Below, one piece after another: positions 47,525 through 52,643 of a stretch of DNA of 52,643 bases (the first letter of the stretch is position 1; each line of letters begins with the position of its first letter). A program made the position numbers and the translations under genes. The notes beneath the pieces are model-generated. The model worked only from the letters and a program-made list of their open reading frames with translations, was not told the DNA's origin and ran no database searches. Source of the stretch: a virus (lineage: Duplodnaviria; Caudoviricetes); the IMG/VR virus record IMGVR_UViG_3300025137_000058, positions 1 to 52,643 of that record; one strand, 5' to 3'.

Positions 47525-48141
47525 CACAAGTAACATTGATGGATAAAATGGGTTCTGACTTATCTGTTGTTAATTCTGCAAGAGTTTCATTTGCAAAAGA
47601 GCATGAAACAATGCAAGATAATGATGAGAAGTTGATTAAATATCTAGCAAATCATAATCATTGGTCACCTTTTGGTCATGGTTCTTTGCAATTTAGAATA
47701 AAAGCACCTGTATTTGTTGCAAGACAGTTAGTTAAACATCAAGTAGGTTTAGTCTGGAATGAAGTTAGTCGTAGATATATTGACTCAGACCCAGAGTTTT
47801 ATGTTCCGTTTTTATGGAGAGAAAAACATGAAAACAAAAAGCAAGGTTCTACTGATAAAGAGGTAGAATATGATATTACACCTTTGATTAAGAAATCAAA
47901 AGAGATGTATCAAGATATGTTAGATAGTAATATTGCACCTGAGTTAGCAAGAATGATATTACCTCAATGTATGATGACAGAGTGGATATGGTCAGGTACA
48001 TTATATGCTTTTGCTAGAGTATGTAATTTAAGAAATAAACCAGATGCTCAACAAGAAACAACTGAAGTTACAAGAGATATAGCACATCATATGAAGGACC
48101 AGTTTCCTATTAGCAGTAAATATTTGTTAGAGAATGAATGA
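47521..48141 (+). CDS. thyX: Flavin-dependent thymidylate synthase
   Basis: VNSARVS; HWSPF; ARQLVKH..WNEVSRRY; ARMILP; LR..AQ.E. Confidence 0.95.
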   Translation: MTQVTLMDKMGSDLSVVNSARVSFAKEHETMQDNDEKLIKYLANHNHWSPFGHGSLQFRIKAPVFVARQLVKHQVGLVWNEVSRRYIDSDPEFYVPFLWREKHENKKQGSTDKEVEYDITPLIKKSKEMYQDMLDSNIAPELARMILPQCMMTEWIWSGTLYAFARVCNLRNKPDAQQETTEVTRDIAHHMKDQFPISSKYLLENE

Positions 48142-48977
48142 AAAGAGTATTTTGTATTGGTAATGGTGAGAGTAGAAAGGGTGTTAATTTAGACACACTA
48201 AAACCTCATGGTAAAATATATGGGTGTAATGCTATATATCGAGATTATACACCTGACGTATTGATTGCAGTTGACCAAGGTATCATACACGAGATATATC
48301 ATAGTGGATATGCATACAATAACGAGTGTTACTTTAGAAATTGGCACTTACATGATGAAAAGAATTTCAACATAACAGTTTACGGAACTGAAGATAAAGA
48401 GGTGATAGATTTCATAAAGAGTCTAAATTTATTGACAGTAAATAAAAAAGGTAATAGCACAAAGTTTGCTATGGGTGGACCTGCACTATATCAGTTTGCA
48501 AAACAAGTTAAAAAGAATCCAGCAAAATTAAAACAGTATCAAGAATCATTTAAAGCAAAGGTAACTTGGGTTGAAAATGATAAGGTCAATAGTATTAAAG
48601 AAGAGCAAGGTGGTCAGGATTTAGGTTGGGCGGCAGGTTGCACTGCTATATGGTTTGCGATTAGGAATGAAGAACCACAACAAGTTTATTTAATTGGACA
48701 TGATTTAAATAGTAAGACAGATTTAATTAATAATATGTACAAGGGTACACCTAATTATAGTGGAGTATCACATAAAGAAACACCGTCAAATAATTGGTTG
48801 ATACAGTTGAATGCACTTATAAAAGAAAATCCTGATATAGCATTTTATAAAGTAAACAGAGAACCTATTGATAACAATTGTAAAGTAAATAGACAACAAC
48901 CACAATTAAGAGGTCATAAAAATTTAGTGTATATTACATATGAACAATTACAAAGGAGCATTGACAATAAGTGGTAA
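48138..48977 (+). CDS. Conserved hypothetical (Rossmann-like, IGNGESR family)
   Basis: IGNGESR; YGCNAIYR; YLIGHD; NMYKGT.NY. Confidence 0.6.
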   Translation: MKRVFCIGNGESRKGVNLDTLKPHGKIYGCNAIYRDYTPDVLIAVDQGIIHEIYHSGYAYNNECYFRNWHLHDEKNFNITVYGTEDKEVIDFIKSLNLLTVNKKGNSTKFAMGGPALYQFAKQVKKNPAKLKQYQESFKAKVTWVENDKVNSIKEEQGGQDLGWAAGCTAIWFAIRNEEPQQVYLIGHDLNSKTDLINNMYKGTPNYSGVSHKETPSNNWLIQLNALIKENPDIAFYKVNREPIDNNCKVNRQQPQLRGHKNLVYITYEQLQRSIDNKW

Positions 48978-49015
48978 TTTTGATATAGTAGTACACATTA
49001 TGAATCATATAAATA
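48961..49015 (+). promoter_or_regulatory. Tandem sigma70-like and late promoters upstream of gene 32
   Basis: TTGACA-N17-TATAGT, then TATAAATA at 49008-49015. Confidence 0.7.
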
Positions 49016-49068
49016 GTAATGATACCGATAATATAGGTAACACGAATATAATAATATAAGGAGAATAT

Positions 49069-49962
49069 ATGGATTTCGAAACATTAAAACAATCATCTAG
49101 CAACTTTGATGCTTTAACCAAAGCATTAGATGAAAAACTAAACACAGAAGATAATAAAGGTGATAAGAGTAAATATCAAGACGATAGACTCTGGAAACCA
49201 GAACTTGATAAATCAGGTAATGGTTATGCAGTATTAAGATTTTTACCTGCATCTGAAGGTGAAGACATGCCATGGGTAAGATTATGGTCACATGCATTTC
49301 AAGGACCTGGTGGTTGGTTTATCGAAAACTCTCTTACAACTCTTAATCAAAAAGACCCGGTGTCAGAAGAAAATTCAAGACTTTGGAATACTGGTGTTGA
49401 TTCTGACAAAGAGATTGCAAGAAAGAGAAAAAGAAAATTATCATATTATGCAAACGTCTATGTTGTGAGTGACCCTAAAAGACCAGAGAACGAGGGTAAA
49501 GTATTCTTATACAAATTTGGTAAGAAGATATTTGATAAGATTACTGAAGCAATGAAACCACAATTTGAAGACGAATCACCAATCAACCCATTTGACTTCT
49601 GGAAAGGTGCAAACTTTAAACTGAAGATTAGAAAAGTTGATGGTTATTGGAACTACGATAAATCAGAATTTGAGGGTGTAAAACCTGTTGCTGAAGACGA
49701 TACAAAGATAAAAGCAATATGGCAGAAACAATATCCTCTAAAAGAATTCTCTGACCCTAGTAATTTTAAATCCTATGATGAACTCAAAGAGAAACTGAAT
49801 AGGACAATTATGGGTTCGAGAAGTGCTACAGACATCAGTCAAACAGACCTCCCACCTAAGACTAATGGTGTAGCAAAAGTTGAAGAAGTTAAAACTTCCA
49901 ATGCTAGTGAAGGTGAAGACGATACTATGTCATATTTTAGTAAGTTAGCAGACGAAGATTAA
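49069..49962 (+). CDS. gp32: T4-like single-stranded DNA-binding protein
   Basis: DDRLWKP..GNGYAVLRFLP; HAFQGPGGW.IENS; FGKKIFDKI; acidic tail YFSKLADED. Confidence 0.95.
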   Translation: MDFETLKQSSSNFDALTKALDEKLNTEDNKGDKSKYQDDRLWKPELDKSGNGYAVLRFLPASEGEDMPWVRLWSHAFQGPGGWFIENSLTTLNQKDPVSEENSRLWNTGVDSDKEIARKRKRKLSYYANVYVVSDPKRPENEGKVFLYKFGKKIFDKITEAMKPQFEDESPINPFDFWKGANFKLKIRKVDGYWNYDKSEFEGVKPVAEDDTKIKAIWQKQYPLKEFSDPSNFKSYDELKEKLNRTIMGSRSATDISQTDLPPKTNGVAKVEEVKTSNASEGEDDTMSYFSKLADED

Positions 49963-49987
49963 TCTCTCTCATACTTCGAAACTTTAG

Positions 49988-50016
49988 AAGGGAAGTGGAA
50001 ACACTTCCCTTTTTTT
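49988..50016 (+). terminator. Intrinsic terminator
   Basis: aagggaagtg-GAAA-cacttccctt followed by a T run. Confidence 0.85.
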
Positions 50017-50017
50017 A

Positions 50018-50025
50018 TATAAATA
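50018..50025 (+). promoter_or_regulatory. T4-type late promoter
   Basis: TATAAATA immediately after the terminator. Confidence 0.75.
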
Positions 50026-50031
50026 TATGTT

Positions 50032-50586
50032 ATGGTAAGTATATTAGACCCAATCACTAAAAAACAAGGTGACTCAATGAAGTCACAATCTTGGTATAGA
50101 AGTCAAATAGCAAGTCTTACAGACAAAATTACTGCTGGTAATTTATTGCGTTCAGGTAGACTCTTAAACAGACCTAGTGCAGGTAGATTAAATATGTTTA
50201 TCTATGACCCTAAAACAAAAGATAAATTACCATATTACGATATGTTTCCTCTAGTATTACCCTTAGATGTGATACCTGGTGGATTTATAGGAGTAAACTT
50301 TCATTATCTACCTCCAGCATTAAGATTAAGATTTTTAGAATCCTTACAAGCATATGCATCAAGCAAACTTATTAATAAAAGAACACGACTTGATGTATCG
50401 TATGACCAATTAAAGAAAAACAAATACACAAAACCAACCATAAAGAAGTATTTGTATAAACAAGCAAGGTCAAATTTTTTAAGAGTAGACGCAAACGAAT
50501 CAGCAATCGCAGTTATGTTACCGGTGGCACAATTTGCTAAAGAAAGTGTAAGGAGGGTATATACTGATAGTAGAGGTATGTTATGA
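50032..50586 (+). CDS. gp2: DNA end protector protein
   Basis: YDPKTKDKLPYYD.FPLV; GVNFHYLP; KKYL; LPVAQF. Confidence 0.85.
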   Translation: MVSILDPITKKQGDSMKSQSWYRSQIASLTDKITAGNLLRSGRLLNRPSAGRLNMFIYDPKTKDKLPYYDMFPLVLPLDVIPGGFIGVNFHYLPPALRLRFLESLQAYASSKLINKRTRLDVSYDQLKKNKYTKPTIKKYLYKQARSNFLRVDANESAIAVMLPVAQFAKESVRRVYTDSRGML

Positions 50587-50804
50587 GTTTTCGACAACGT
50601 ATCAAAGATAGGTATAACAAACTATGCACCACAGACAATGTTATAGATATAACTGTAGATGCTATTATATTGTTAGCAGATGTTCTGACATCACCTATTT
50701 TAATTGTTGTTAGACTTATCAAACACATTGTCAATGTCTATTTTATAGATAGAATAAAAAGAGCAATCAAATGGGTTGTTCATAAAGTATTAAGGATAAA
50801 ATAA
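50583..50804 (+). CDS. Small hypothetical membrane-associated protein
   Basis: 73-aa ORF with a hydrophobic centre. Confidence 0.5.
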   Translation: MSFRQRIKDRYNKLCTTDNVIDITVDAIILLADVLTSPILIVVRLIKHIVNVYFIDRIKRAIKWVVHKVLRIK

Positions 50805-51208
50805 TGTATGAATATAGAATAAAAGAAATTACAAAGATAGTTGATGGTGACACTATTGATGCTATAATAGACTTAGGATTTGACATATTACATAGTGCTA
50901 GAATTAGATTATATGGTATAGACACACCTGAAAGCAGAACAAGAGATTTAGAAGAGAAGAAGTATGGATTATTAGCAAAGAAGTTTCTGACTAATTGTTT
51001 AAAAACTGAACACCCTATCATATTAAGAACACATAAAGAAGAGAAGGGTAAGTTTGGTAGAATATTAGGTGAAATAATTATTGATGAAAAGAACATAAAT
51101 ACATATATGATAGAGAGTTATCATGCTGTTCCTTATCAAGGTCAAAGTAAATATGACATTGATGAGTTACATATGAACAATAGAGAGATGTTAAGTAAGG
51201 ATAATTAA
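50804..51208 (+). CDS. Thermonuclease (SNase-like)
   Basis: IVDGDT; RIRLYGIDTPE; GKFGRILG. Confidence 0.88.
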   Translation: MYEYRIKEITKIVDGDTIDAIIDLGFDILHSARIRLYGIDTPESRTRDLEEKKYGLLAKKFLTNCLKTEHPIILRTHKEEKGKFGRILGEIIIDEKNINTYMIESYHAVPYQGQSKYDIDELHMNNREMLSKDN

Positions 51209-52185
51209 TGGGAATAATAAAAATAGGTGGTAAAATTGCTGGTATTGATGTAGGTATCAATATAACAAGAGATAAATCACTAGAAAATGTAACAAGAGAC
51301 CCGAGATTAAAACAGAATGGTGGTAAACCTGGTGTAAATCCTAATTCTGTATTAGGACAATTCTTAGCAAAAACAAATAAAGCAGAAGGATTTAGCAGAC
51401 CAAATAGATTTTACATAAACATACGACCACCGAAGGCGATGAGAGCATCTGCTGGTCAATTAGGAACTATAGATGAATTTGATGGTTTTCCTAATTACAA
51501 ATTTGAAACAAATACCATTGCAAGAGATGTACAAGCATTTTGTAGTAAAATTTCGATACCTGATAGAAAAATGGGTACAACAGACTATAAGACGGGTGCA
51601 GGTCCAACAAGAAATATAGTAACAGATGTAACATATGCAGACTTTAGTGCAACATTTTATTGTGACAAAATGATGGTAGAAAGAAACTTTTTTGAATTAT
51701 GGCAACAATCTGCATATAATAATCAATCATATAATTATGATTATTATGATAACTATGTTGGTGAGATAGAAATATTTCAATTAGGTAGTTTTACAGAAAA
51801 TCAAAATGGTGATGATATAGCACATGCAGTCTGTATAGAAGAATGTTACCCTACAAGTGTGGGTACAGTTGAATTAGGTTTTGAAACAGGTAAAAATCAG
51901 ATATGTACAATTGATGTAACATTTTCATATAGACAATGGACAAATTATACGATAGATAATATGGGGAAAATACATGGTAGAGGTGGTAAAGATACTGCAA
52001 ATAAATATACTGTTGTAGAAAAACAAGGTGGTGGATTCATCACAGGTATAATGCAAAAATTACCACCTATATTAAGAAGACCAGCAAGACAAGTTACTGA
52101 AGAATTAGTAAGACGAACACCAATAGGAATAATTACAGGTGGTAGAGTATCAGAACCATTTAAAGTTCCTACTGGAATATATTAA
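51208..52185 (+). CDS. Baseplate tail-tube initiator (gp54-like)
   Basis: SRPNRF; TFYCD; FELWQ; YYDNY; CYPTSVG; VTFSYRQW; synteny with gp2 and gp26. Confidence 0.7.
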   Translation: MGIIKIGGKIAGIDVGINITRDKSLENVTRDPRLKQNGGKPGVNPNSVLGQFLAKTNKAEGFSRPNRFYINIRPPKAMRASAGQLGTIDEFDGFPNYKFETNTIARDVQAFCSKISIPDRKMGTTDYKTGAGPTRNIVTDVTYADFSATFYCDKMMVERNFFELWQQSAYNNQSYNYDYYDNYVGEIEIFQLGSFTENQNGDDIAHAVCIEECYPTSVGTVELGFETGKNQICTIDVTFSYRQWTNYTIDNMGKIHGRGGKDTANKYTVVEKQGGGFITGIMQKLPPILRRPARQVTEELVRRTPIGIITGGRVSEPFKVPTGIY

Positions 52186-52208
52186 TATTATAACATTGGA
52201 GTTAGATA

Positions 52209-52643
52209 ATGAAGTTACCTAATTTGGATACACCAAGATATGAGTTGACACTACCATCTACAGGTGCAAAGATACCATACAGACCTTTTTTAGTAAAAGA
52301 AGAGAAACTATTATTAATTGCAAAAGAAACTGATAAAGCAGAGGAAATGTCATCAGCAACTTTGCAAATGATAGAAAATTGTACTTTTAATAAGTTAGAA
52401 TTAGAAACATTACCGTTATTTGATATAGAATATCTATTATTGAAGATAAGAGCAAAATCGGTAGGTGAAAAAGCAACTTTGAGATTAATTGCTCAAGATG
52501 ATAAAACAACAGTTGTACCTGTTGAAATAGACTTATCAAAGATAGAAGTTGTTATTGATAATAAACATACTAATAAAATTATATTAGACGGAGAGAAGAA
52601 ATTAGGAATTGTGTTTGCATATCCTACTTATAAATTAGCATCT
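52209..52643 (+). CDS. gp26: Baseplate hub assembly protein (3'-truncated; absent from ORF track)
   Basis: Manual translation MKLPNLDTPRYELTLPSTG..YRPFLVKEEKLLL..FDIEYLLLKIRAKSVGE. Confidence 0.88.
   Translation, partial: MKLPNLDTPRYELTLPSTGAKIPYRPFLVKEEKLLLIAKETDKAEEMSSATLQMIENCTFNKLELETLPLFDIEYLLLKIRAKSVGEKATLRLIAQDDKTTVVPVEIDLSKIEVVIDNKHTNKIILDGEKKLGIVFAYPTYKLAS

Noticed and set aside
357-51260. All minus-strand ORFs in the track, and nested + ORFs such as 14923..15117 and 36619..36813
   Set aside because: They lie over well-supported + strand genes and have no recognisable motifs or RBS; they are shadow ORFs.
1-52643. tRNA genes or stop-codon reassignment
   Set aside because: No cloverleaf with T-loop GTTC was seen in the few intergenic gaps, and core genes are full length under the standard code.

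Overview
This is a fragment of an AT-rich (~30% GC by eye) T4-like myovirus genome, most likely infecting a marine alphaproteobacterium. Essentially all real genes are on the + strand. Layout: (1) 1-10.8 kb, a block of likely head-internal/virion proteins. Several start with a T4 capsid-targeting-like 'MKTFK..E' sequence and contain repeated 'EEVELDE' linkers. The block also holds an unannotated pqqA precursor-peptide gene behind a T4 late promoter. (2) 13-19 kb, primase, nrdA, nrdB and a RuvC-like resolvase. (3) 19-31 kb, a glycosylation island including a wbpD/wbpB/wbpE-like triad. (4) 31-38 kb, small early genes behind repeated sigma70 promoters that all carry TGATTCG, the extended GANTC motif associated with alphaproteobacterial CcrM/GcrA. 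(5) 38-47 kb, auxiliary genes: GH73, DenV-like, TauD-like, M15A peptidase, tandem SpeD-like genes, 2OG-Fe oxygenase paralogs, class-III aminotransferase and zf-CHCC. (6) 47-52.6 kb, gp33, thyX, gp32, gp2, gp54-like and partial gp26. Codon choice shows strong apparent avoidance of GCWGC and RGCY. I saw no tRNA, rRNA, CRISPR array, intron or intein. All family assignments come from motif recognition without database searches.
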